Positions 1 to 11,805 of a stretch of DNA of 64,000 nucleotides are shown in pieces. The translations under genes and the position numbers were made by a program. The stretch spans positions 15,252,001 through 15,316,000 of the forward strand of contig NC_043025.1 in the NCBI RefSeq assembly GCF_006345805.1. The letters run 5' to 3'. This DNA comes from Octopus sinensis. Lineage: Eukaryota. The notes beneath the pieces were generated by a model. That model was not told where the DNA came from. It searched no databases and worked only from the letters and a program-made list of their open reading frames with translations. Position 1 is the first letter of the stretch; each line of letters opens with the position of its first letter.

Positions 1-1080
1 CTATAGATGCATGCTTACCGTAGGTCCACTTACCAGCATCATTATCATCATCATCATCATCAATTAACATCTGTTCTCCATGATGGCATGGGTTGGATGG
101 TTTGACAAGGAGCTGGCCAGCCAGGGAGCTATCCACACTCCAATTGTCTGTTGTGGCATGGTTTCTATGGCTGAATACCCTTCTTATTGCCAGCCACGTT
201 CCATGGCACCAACACAAAAAGTGGCCAGTAAATCACCCCTGTGAATCAAACTCTGTTCCTCTCAGTTTCCAGCTGAGTGCTCTGAATCATTGAGCTTCAG
301 GTAGAGCACTTTCTTCTCCATTCTCCCTTTCTATTCCAAGTGGAAATCAAAGAAGTTGATAAGGGCTTCATTGAAGGGGACAATGTCTTTCCTCTATTCC
401 TTCAGTCTCGTCAACCAACAATTTTAAAGGGAGCAGCTTAGTTGGTACCTGATTGCTAATTTAGTCTCTTGAAAGGCAAAGCTGACCTCAGCTAATAATC
501 ATAATTAGTAGCTCCAATTCTCTGTAGGTACTGGATTTGTTGAGTTTATCTGCTGGTGTTTTGTAATTAGCACCTGTGCAGGTGGCACATAAAAAGAACT
601 TTTGAGCATTGGGACTCACAGAGGCAACGTGGCCGATGCTGGTGTCGCATAACTAGCACCCATGCCAGACGTTGGGCCTCACGGATGCTGGTGTTGCATA
701 ACCAGCATCTGTGCCAGTGGCACATAAAAAGCACTTTACAAGTGTTGGGCCTCACAGAGGCAATGGCAAATGGCAATGTGCTGTGCTTGAGAAGACCCAT
801 CAAGCCTCGTGGAATCATAGCCGGGGCAGATATTGGTGCTGTGCAACTGGCATCCATTCTGGTGGCATGTAAAAGCACCCATTACACTCTTGGAGTGATT
901 GGCGTTAGGAAGGGCATCCAGTCAGAGAAACTATTCCAAATCAGACTGGAGTCAGGTGCATCCCCTCAACTTACAAGCCCTGGTCAAACTGTCCAACCCA
1001 AGCCAGCATGGACAACGGACATTAAACGATGATGATGAAGTTGGTTGCTTGTTTCTCTTGGATTCTTCAAATTAACGTAG

Positions 1081-1100
1081 ACGCCTCTGATGAGAATTCA
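1081..1100 (+). CDS. Candidate 20-nt upstream HIP1 exon (D)ASDENS
   Basis: ttaacgtag|ACGCCTCTGATGAGAATTCA|gtaaga; ends in phase 0, as the exon at 2435 requires. Confidence 0.3.
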
Positions 1101-1710
1101 GTAAGATTCAAAAATTGATTCAGAAAACAGGATTTGGAAGCTGGCATTCAATTAGAATTGAAAACTGAACAAAGCAGAAAGATCCTTCATTTAACAAACA
1201 GACATTGGGTTTTTTCATTTGCTTGGCACTTCACCTGTTTTCATGTTTTGATGGAAAATCTTGTCTCTTGATGAGATCTGGTTGAGATCTGGGTGCAACT
1301 TGTCTAAATTAAACGAAGCCAGAACATCAGAGCAACAATCTTTTCTACTTAGTGGCACAAGGCCTGAAATTGTGAGTGGAGGGAGCTTTTCAATTCCATC
1401 AACCCCAACGCTCCAAAAAGAGGAAGTTCAAAGTCAGTCTTGACAGAATTGGTTATCAGAATGTAAAGAGCCAGAAGAAATATCCTCGGAGTCTTTTGTC
1501 CGGCGCTTTGACAATTCTGCCAGCTTTTCACCTTAACGATAATAATTATGAAAGTGATTTCAAATTTTGGTGTAAGGCCAGCAATTTTGGGGAGGGGTTA
1601 AGTTGATTTCGTTGACCCCACCACTTGACTGGCATTTATTTTATCCCCTTGGTGGGATTTGAACTCCTTAATTATAAAATGTAGCCAAGCATTTTGTCCA
1701 GCTCCCTACC

Positions 1711-2138
1711 TTTACTCTTTTACTTGTTTCAGTCATTTGACTGCGGCCATGCTGGAGCACCGCCTTTAGTCGAGCAACTCGACCCCGGGACTTATTCCTT
1801 GTAAGCCTAGTACTTATTCTATCGGTCTATTTTGCCGAACCGCTAAGTAACGGGGACATAAACACACCAGCATCGGTTGTCAAGCAATGCTAGGGGGACA
1901 AACACAGACACACAAACATATTCACACACACACATATCTATATATATATATATACACACACACACATATATATGACGGTCTTCTTTCAGTTTCTGTCTAC
2001 CAAATCCACTCACAAGGCTTTGTTCGGCCTGAGGCTATAGTAGAAGACATTTTCCCAAGGTGCCACGCAGTGGGACTGAACCGGTAACCATGTGGTTGGT
2101 TAGCAAGCTACTTACGACACAGTCACTCCTGCACCTAT
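1711..2138 (-). mobile_element. tRNA-derived SINE family S1. Other copies about 4230-4570(-), 8870-9306(-), 19670-20055(-), 41255-41648(+), 45300-45695(+), 63170-63345(-)
   Basis: Pol III A/B-box-like head ggagtggctgtgtgg...ggttcagtccc, conserved body, internal (TA/TG)n, aagagtaa repeat tail. Confidence 0.8.
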
Positions 2139-2434
2139 GATGATGATAACGATATTTTTTCCCTCCCAAAAAGCGATGAGTAAGAGCACATTACCTGGGC
2201 AAAATAGGGGTGGAGGTGATGGGTTTAAACAAAGAGTGGAAAATAGGTGAAAAGCCAAAATGCCGATAAATGGTCCCACTGACCCCAGATTTCTCTCTTT
2301 ATAAACGGCAACAAATCTCTCTCTCTGTCCCTTTCCCCCTTTTTCCTTCTCTTTCTCTCCCTTTGCCTCCTACTCCTCCTCCTCCAGTAATTACAGAAGC
2401 AATTAGTTTAATGATCTTTTCTTTCGTTTTCCAG

Positions 2435-2520
2435 CAAGAAACAGACAAATTTGATGAAACTTTTGGTGAAGGTAGTATGGATAGTTTTAATTTCAATGGA
2501 CAACCACAGATTGATGAAAG
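2435..2520 (+). CDS. HIP1: HIP1 exon [28 protein letters not shown](R)
   Basis: ttttccag|...GAAAG|gtatgt; phase 0-2; matches the HIP1 FDDIFG..FNF..DE region. Confidence 0.9.
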
Positions 2521-5500
2521 GTATGTACGTGCAGTTGTGTGTATTTTTTATTTGTTGCTTAACAAGGCAACCAATGGTTTCATGTGAAGAACTCTTCACG
2601 ATCTTTTCAATTTGAACGGCAGTTTTTTCTAGCGTTGTCATATGAAATTGTCACCCATAATTATGACCCTAGTATCAATCCATTGCATTTCAATATGTTT
2701 TAGGGGTGGGGGTGGGGGGAAAGATATCTTTTTTCTTCAGAAATGTAAATAAACCAAATCTGTTTCTTCAACAAGGGACATACTCATACGGCACAGAATG
2801 TTTTCACCTCAATAGACATCATTGATTAGTTGAAATTGCAGAAAAAACAACAAATATCTTACAAACAATAGAATTTTCTCAATAAAGCCAAGAGAAAAAG
2901 ATGTTTTATAAGACATTCTATCAGTATACAAAGTTTAAAAGTGTTTAGTTACATGGAAATTATTTTTAAAAACTGCCGGTCAAACCGAAAAGATTCACTC
3001 TTCACGATTGTTCAAGTGTGCCCCACATGAAAGTGATGGTACTCCTTTCCATTTTGTATTCTGTCCAAAATGGATACAAGTATGAACATTTACACATGAC
3101 ACATTTGAACAGGCATCTCAAAAGTAAATAAATATCATCATTTTTGAAATATTTGTTTCTTGAAACCAAATAATTTTATTTAGTGGTTTTTTAATACTTA
3201 ATCTGGATGGAAGCACTCCGTCAGTTCCGACGACGAGGGTTCCGGTTGATCCGATCAACGGAACAGCCTGCTCGTGAAATCAACGTGTAAGTGGCTGAGC
3301 ATTCCACATACACGTGCACCCTTAACGTAGTTCTCGGGGATATTCAGCGTGACACAGAGAGTGACAAGGCCGGCCCTTTGAAATACAGGTACAACAGAAA
3401 CAGGAAGAAAGAGTGAGAGAAAGTTGTGGTGAAAGAATACAGCAGGGATCACCACCATCCCTGCCGGAGCCTCGTGGAGCTTTTTAGGTGTTTTCGCTCA
3501 ATAAACACTCACAACGCCCGGTCTGGGAATCTCGGTGCCAGTAGACATGACATATGCAGTTTTTAATGATTTAACTATTTAGGATATTGTACAAATGAAT
3601 AGTGTCTGAACCGAAGTGCGTCTGTTTATGTTTGAGAACATAATGTAATTTGAGGGTAGACTTGACTGCTGTTTCTGCCAAGTCTAGCTTACATGTAGAG
3701 GCCTCTCTCATTGGCTCATACATACATATATATACATAGATAAGACATTATGGTGTGATTTGAGGGAGATTTGGCTGCTATTTCTAGCAGTCTCCTTTGT
3801 TAGCTTTGTAATCCAGTTGATTTATTGGTGAGGGGCTGGAAGGGAGGGAGGGAGGGGTTGACGTTAAGGTGATGGTTGTGGCAGGGGCGAGTGGGGAGTG
3901 AAGGTTCGAGGTGGGTGTTGGTGAAGGGCCATGTTCTGTTGTCATGGTTACAGAGATAAAAGTGAATTTGCTGTCTGTTGCAGGGATATGATAATAGAGC
4001 AACTACACAAAGAAATTCAACAACTCCGGGAGGAAATCGAGAGGCTGCAAACAGAGGTAAGGACTCACACACACACACTCACAGTCACACACACACACAC
4101 TCACTCACACACATACACATACACTCACACACACTCACACATACACTCACACACACTCACACTCTCACTCACACACACTCACACGCACTCATTCACACAC
4201 TCACACACACTTCTCTCTCATCTTTTAATTGTTTCAGTTGTTAGACTGTGGCCATGCTGGGGCTCTGCCTTGAAGAATTTTCAGTCAAATGAATTGACTC
4301 TAGTACTTTGTTTTTTTAAATTTAAGCCTGGTACTCATTCTATCTGTTTCTTTTGCTGAACTGCTAAGTTACAGGGACATAACCACACCAACACTGGTTG
4401 CCAAGTGGTGGTGGACAAATGTACACACACACGCACACATATGTGATGGACTCCTTCAAGTTTCCGTCTACCAAATCCACTCACAAGTCTTTGGTCAATC
4501 CGAATCAATAGTAGAAGACATTTGCCCAAAGCACCACACGGTGGGACTGAACCCAGAACCATTAGATCCTCACCTACAGGTGCACATTGCTTATGACGGC
4601 CCATCAAAAATGATGACAGTGTTGATCCAAGACATTCATCCTGTTCTTCGTTTAGCTCAAAGTTTCTCATGGCAGCAGAGGGGATGTGGCTGACAAAGCT
4701 GATCCGAGACGGGCAGATCCTGCGGTGCTGAGGGCACTGAAAATGACCCCAAACAACAGCCATAAGGGGTTGGTGCAGTTCTTTGTGTCCAAAGATCACA
4801 AGGAAGAATGGCAAGCCCTCAAGAGATTATATAAACAGCTCCTTGGATGCCAGGCTCTGTCTGATCCATTTGGAGCATCATCATCATCATCGTCGTTTAG
4901 CGTCCGCTTTCCATGCTCGCATGGATTGGATGGTTCAACTGGGGTCTGGGAAGCCCGAAGGCTGCACCAGGTCAGTCTGATCTGGCAGAGTTTCTACTGC
5001 TGGATGCCCTTCCTAACACCAACCACTCCGTGAGTGTAGTGGGTGCTTTTTATGTGCCACCGACACAGTTGCCAGACGAGGCTGGCGAATGGCCACACTT
5101 GGATGGTGATTTTTACGTGCCACCGGCACGGAGGCCAGGCGGGGGCATATACATTGATTTTGTGCAAATGAGGTGTGTGATCTACAGACGTACATAACTT
5201 GGTACTGTTTGGGCAAAGATCCCTGTTGACAGACCCATGATATTGAATGAAGTGTTAACACTTATGGTGTGCAAATTAGGAGCGCCAATTCTCTGTAGAT
5301 GCAGGATTTGTGGTGTATACAAACAGATTGGTTTCTTGTTTCTCTGGGGTTGGTCAAATTGGTGTAGAATCCAAAAGGGTCTGAGAATTGACTCGGGTTG
5401 TTCATCGCTTTTTTCAATCTGTGAAGAAATAACTAAGCCCTATCTCTAATGGTACTATATAGTTTTTGCATACACACGAGTATGTATATTCCACAACTAT

Positions 5501-8311
5501 ACATGCACATACATACATGAATACACATTGGTGTATATATAGATATATATTGCTATATTTGTTGTTTTAGGCACAAATGAAAATTCAGCCCCTCCTGGAG
5601 GAGAAGGAGCAACTAAAAAAGATCCTAACAGAGTTACAGTTAACCCTTGATAATACTTTGAAGGTAAGGACCCTGCCCTCTGATACACATTTTTCTCTAC
5701 CTTGAGGGTTTGCTTAAGCATCCCATCACTACCATCTTCTTCCCAGATACTCCCGCCAACCCTTATATAATGTGGGTGACCAAGCATCTCCTCTATAGCA
5801 AGAAGCTTACCTTTCCATTATGTTTTAGCCCTGACAGTACCTGGAATTTTCCCACTTCCTCAAATACTTCCCTCACTTAGGTCGAGGGAACTTTTTGTTT
5901 TCCCTCTTCCTGCAAGTTATTTGGTGTCCTCACTAGTGCTGGTGCCGCATAAAAAAGCACCAGGAACACACTGTAAAGGGGTTGGTGCAAGGCACAGCAT
6001 CCAGCCGTAGAAACCATGCCAAAGTGAATAATGGAGTACAATGCAGTCCTGGGAACCATCAGATTCTGTCAAACTATCCAAAGTTTTACAGAGATCATCA
6101 TCACCATTTAATGTCTGTTTTCCATGCTATGTCTCAGGCACACCTATTGAAGTAGGGTGGAGCAGAAGGGTACAGGAAGAAGGGGTGAAGTTCAGCCATA
6201 CAAAGCTTGTGTCATTTTTGTTATGTTGTAAGGAAAAGTGAAGCCTAAGAAATTTTCACGGGACCCATTGACGTAGATTTACTGGCATCACTATAATATT
6301 AGTCCTGGGTTTGGCTAAACTATCCAGTAGTGAGGCCCTTGTTGAGAAGTGTGGAACAACCTCTTAGTTACTGTTGTTCCCAGGTCTGCTCTGACCTGGG
6401 GAAGCAACTCCTGCCTGGATCCTGGTTAGGGACCAATGAGCATATTAGGGACTGTACAGTTGGGTGTGTGAAGACTGGGTCTGGCAGAGTCTGCAGAAGA
6501 AGCCTTCATAGTTCCACAGAATGGCAGGCAGCTGCAGCAGTGCATGGTGTTATGCAAAGAGCAAGACAGGGCAAGTAAGAGATAAATCCCTGCCATCTTC
6601 AGCACCAAAACCACCAGATCACATGATTTCGACCTTCCTTGCTCTCGTCAGTGACAGGCACTCGACCTCTAGATGTAGCAGCAACTCCTCTCTCTGTCAG
6701 TGATATATATAGAAAATTGGTGTCAGAACCGGTGCTGGTGTTGCATAGTCATTTAAACAAGCATGTATTTTTGTACCAAAGCTGATCTGAGAGGTTCTTT
6801 CGTGGTATCTACTGCTGTAAAAAGTGCGTTCTAGCAGAACATCCACGTTTAAGTGGAGATCAAGATTACCTGTACATAATGAAATGCCTTAACTGAAGAA
6901 TGTCTTAGATAATGGCTGTATTTTCCTATTATATATTATCCAAACCTGAAAAAATACATATTAAACGATTTCAAAATATCACAAACGGCTGGATGCTGTG
7001 CCTTACACCAACCCCTTTACAGTGTGTTCCTGGTGCTTTTTTATGTGGCACCAGCACTAGTGGGGTCACCAAATAACTTGCAGGAAGAGGGAAAACAAAA
7101 AGCTCCCTCGACTAAGTGAAGGTGGATTCCAGATAACGGTCTAAGGGAGACAATCCCTTGGGCTTGACCTTTTTGTGTGTTAGTTAGTTAGTTAATTTTT
7201 TGGCTCAAAAAGCAAAAAGCAAGGCCAAAACTAGCCATGGGGCCGTTGCTCTCTCCACTTTGAAGACAGGTTATAGGCTGTTGGCCATTAAGGTCTGATG
7301 AGACGTGTGTAAAGCCTAGAGCTTTATGGACACAAAACTGTGGGTAACCCTATGAAGCGGCCATAACTTTCTATCTGTCTGTCTCTCTCTCTATGTATTT
7401 CATCATCATCATCGTTTAACGTCTGTTTTCCATGCTAGCATGGGTTGGACGGTTCCACCAGGGTCTGGGAAGCCAGAAGGCTGCACCAGGCCCAGTCTGA
7501 TCTGGCAATGTTTCTATGGCTTGATGCCCTTCCTAATGCCAACCACTCCATGAGTGTAGTGGGTGCTTTTTAATCAGTTATATATAAGTTCACACAGCAG
7601 GCTTCATTTGGTTTCCTTCTACCAAATCCACACACAAGGCTTTGGTTGGCCTGGGGTTATAGAATAAGATACTTGGCCACAGTGCCATGCAGTGGGATTG
7701 AACCCAAGACTTTATGCTTGGAATGCAAGCTTCCTGACCACACAACCACCCCTGTGACTACCTCTGTGTCGTTTTTAACTTTCCCTTTATTTGTTTTTCT
7801 TTTAATCTTTTTTTTTGTGTTTTATTTTTTAATTCTGCTGCTATTGTCTCTCGTTAGGAAAACGAGCTAATCAAGAAAGAACTCGAGGAAATGAAGACGG
7901 TCTTACCAGTAGCAGATAAACTAAATGATTCTGAAAGTAAGTCCACCTTGGAATCTTGTTGTTGTCGTCCAAGTGAACTGAAATGATACATGAATGCATA
8001 CAAAACAAACGCTAAGAAAAAATATCACGTGACCGACCAGACCATCAGATGTTGTTACACATCGCTGGTCACAATGCGCTTCACATTGTTTTAGCCTTTG
8101 AATGACGCCACCCCGCTGGCTAAGCAAGCAGGCCAACAGAAGAAAGAGTGGTGAAAGAGTACAGCAGGGTTCACGACCACCCCCTGCTGGAGCCACGTGG
8201 AGCTTTTAGGTGTTTTCGCTCAATAAACACACACAACGCCCGGTCTGGGAATCGAAACCGCAATCCTACGACCGCAAGTCCACTGCCCTAACCACTAGGC
8301 CATTGCCCCTC

Positions 8312-8351
<40 letters not shown>

Positions 8352-11300
8352 ACTGTGATCACCGTGACCGACTAGGCTATCAGATGTTGTTACACATCGC
8401 TGGTCACAATGCATTCGCATTGTTTTAGCCTTCGAATGATGCCACCCCGCTGGTTAAGCAAGCAGGCCAACAGAAGAATGAGTGAGAGAAAGAGTACAGC
8501 AGGGGTCACCACCACCCTCTGCCGGAGCATCGTGGGGCTTTTAGGTGTTTTCGCTCAATAAACACTCACAACACCTGGTCTGGGAATCGAAACTGCGATC
8601 CTACGACCGCGAGTCCGCTGCCCTAACCACTGGGCCATTGCGCCTCCACAAGAAATATAATATTCTAAAAAGAACCAGTTTTGTATTTAAACTTTGGACA
8701 TCAGTCAGTAGAGAATAAATGAACATTCTATGCCACGATATTTGCTTATCCAGCTGTTTATGGATGCTAAAAAGGAATTAGAAATATTTTGCTTATCACA
8801 TCATTATAGTAAAAGCAATTATAATTAAGGTGTCATTTACTATTGAAATATTGAAATGTTTTTCTATATTTATACTCTTTACTCTCTTTTACTCATTTAC
8901 TTGTTTCAGTCATTTGACTGGCCTTGCTGGAGCACTGCCTTTAGTCGAGCAAATCGACCCCAGGACTTATTCTTTGTAAGCCCAGTACTTATTCTATCGG
9001 TCTCTTTTGCCAAACCGCTAAGTGATGGGGACGTAAACACACCAGCATCGGTTGTCAAGCGATGTTGGCGGATAAACACAGACATGCAAACATATACACA
9101 CACACACACGCATATATATATATATACATATATACATATATACGACAGGCTTCTTTCAGTTTCCGTCTGCCAAATCCACTCACAAGGCTTTGATTGGCCC
9201 GAGGCTATAGTAGAAAACACTTGCCCAAGGTGCCACGCAGTGGGACTGAACCCGGAACCATGTGGTTGGTAAGCAAGCTACTTACCACACAGCCACTTCT
9301 ATGCCTATGGGAATATTTCAACATAAGACTGGTTCTACAATGTAAGAATTTTACTTTTGAGATAATCGTATTTTACGTTTCCTCTTGGCCAAGATCACAT
9401 TTAAAATTTCTTGAGAAATGCACGTTTCGTTGTTTAGCCCCGAGTCATTTCTTACTCCAGCTAATCCATCATCCGAGACATTCCTACCATGACCTCATAC
9501 CACACACACACGTTTCACCTATTTTCTAACTCGGTCCATTTCTTTCTTCAGAATTGGTGAAAGCAAATGAAGAAAAATTCAAGAAGATGAAGGATATTTA
9601 TGGCAAACTACGAGAGGAACATGTCACCCTGTTGAGAGTCGTAAGTACTATGTTGTTGTTTAAGGGGGTCAAGGGGCATTCCAGCCATGACCATCTTGTC
9701 TTATTAGAAATCTTTAGGAATATCACCTTATCCAGTAAGTCTATTTACTTAACCCTTTAATGTTTAAACCAGCCATATCCGGCTCAAATATTCCAACTGT
9801 TTTATGTTCAAACTGGCAAGATTCAGCCTCTTACACCTACCCTACAATGTCATTCTAAAGCTAAGCAAACACACCATCGAAATCTCAAAGCTACAACATA
9901 ATGCATGGTTAATTCAAAACAATATGAATAAATAAACATTGCATTTGACAGAGTAATCTGAATGCTAAAGGGTTAAGGCATGTGGAAGGGCTAAACGAAA
10001 TTTGACTGCTCTTTCTAGCAGCTTCAGCTACCAATTCCCACCCTTTTTTTTTTGTTTACAAAGGAATTTTCCTGATGATGACGTGTCCTATTTAAGACTT
10101 TAGCCTGTGTGTATGTGTATTATCATCACCATTTAAGATCCACTTTTTCATGCTTGCTTGAGTTGGATGGACTTAATTGAGATATTTTCTATGGCTGGAT
10201 GCTCTTCCTGTCTCTAATCCTTACCTGTTTCCAAAAACGGTAATATTTCCCCCATGGCCAGATGTTTTTTTACAGAAGTTTGGAAATGAACAACCTCTCT
10301 TGTATGACAGTGACACTCATTTGAAATGAGCACACACATGCATATATGCAAAACAGGCTTCTTTCAGTTTCCCTCTACCATACACAAGGTTTTAGTTGAC
10401 ACTCGCTCAAGTTGCCTTGAGTGGGACTGAACCCAGGACCATGTGGTTGGGAAGCAAACTTTTTATCCCACAGCCATGCCTATGCCTACACACACACCTC
10501 TCACTGCCTTGTGAATGCCTTGGGAAAAGAAAAGGCTAGGGGTGTCTATCTGTTTTATGGCCAGATCCAGCCTCTCACACCTACGCCATGAGGTCATTCT
10601 CAAAATATAGTCACATCACTGAAATCAAGCTGTATTTTTTGTCTGTCCCTTTTCGAGCCATGCCTGGCTCATAAGGGCCGTTTTCCTGGTTTCCTTGGCG
10701 CATAGGTTCCCCACCTGGATGGGACGCCTGTCCGTCGCAGGTGAGCTGCAAGGTGCTGGGGGAAAGAGTGAGAGAAAGTTGTGGCGAAAGAGTCAGCAGA
10801 AGTTTCGCCATTACCTTCTGCCGGAGCCACGGGGAGCTTAGGTGTTTCGCTCATAAACACACACATCACCCGGTCTGAGATTCGAACCCGCGATCCCTTG
10901 ACCACGAGTCCGCTGCTCTAACCACTAGGCCATGTGCCTCCACAAAAATCAAGCTATATAATAATGCATGATTAATTAAAAGCAACATAAATAAAGAAAA
11001 GCCTTCCATTCGACAGAGTGGTCCGAATGCTACCAGGTTAAGCATTTATAAAGATAAAATATCATAGTTTAAAAGGCATTCCTGGTTTTTTCTCTCTCTA
11101 AATCCTTGATCTTTAATTGTTCAGCAAAATGAAAAAAGAGAGGAGAAAGGATTTCTTCCAAATAGGTTAAACATCTCCAAGACAAGTCTGCCTTTGTAAA
11201 AAGATACGTTCATCATCATCTGCTCACAATTGAGGTTTCATCATTTGTCTTGTAGCATGCCGAAGTAAGCAAACAGTTGAAAGATGAAAAGAAGTTAACA

Positions 11301-11554
11301 GAAGAAAAAGACATGTTATTAAAGGTACGACCCAAATCATCATCATCATCATCATCATTATTATTATTGTCGTTGTTATTATTGTTGTTATTTCAAGTCC
11401 AAATCCTTCCAGCATATAATCTGCTTTCCACTATCCCCTGCCCCCTCTGTCAATAACAAAACCCTTTCTCAGTCTGTAAATAGTTGGGGGTCTACCTAAT
11501 GTACTGTTCTCTGTGAGGAGCGGAATAATATGTAGCCTTGTGTCTCTGTTACAA

Positions 11555-11615
<61 letters not shown>

Positions 11616-11620
11616 TATCG

Positions 11621-11651
<31 letters not shown>

Positions 11652-11721
11652 CATCATTATTATTATTATCATTATTATTATTATCATTATTATTATTATT
11701 ATCATTATTATTATTATTATC

Positions 11722-11754
<33 letters not shown>

Positions 11755-11769
11755 CATCATCATCATCAC

Positions 11770-11805
<36 letters not shown>

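Noticed and set aside
341-440. Strong pyrimidine tract plus open VEIKEVDK... frame
   Set aside because: No credible donor before the stop.
4686-5033. 115-aa ORF as a possible HIP1 exon
   Set aside because: No coiled-coil character or clean splice pair; it runs into an RTE UTR, and the real exon is 5571-5663.
8570-8650. tRNA gene
   Set aside because: A tRNA-like SINE head continuing into a repeat body; no full cloverleaf or terminator.
9708-9734. 27-nt segment ending CCA|GTAAGT
   Set aside because: It would leave only about a 67-nt upstream intron and lies in repeat-like sequence.
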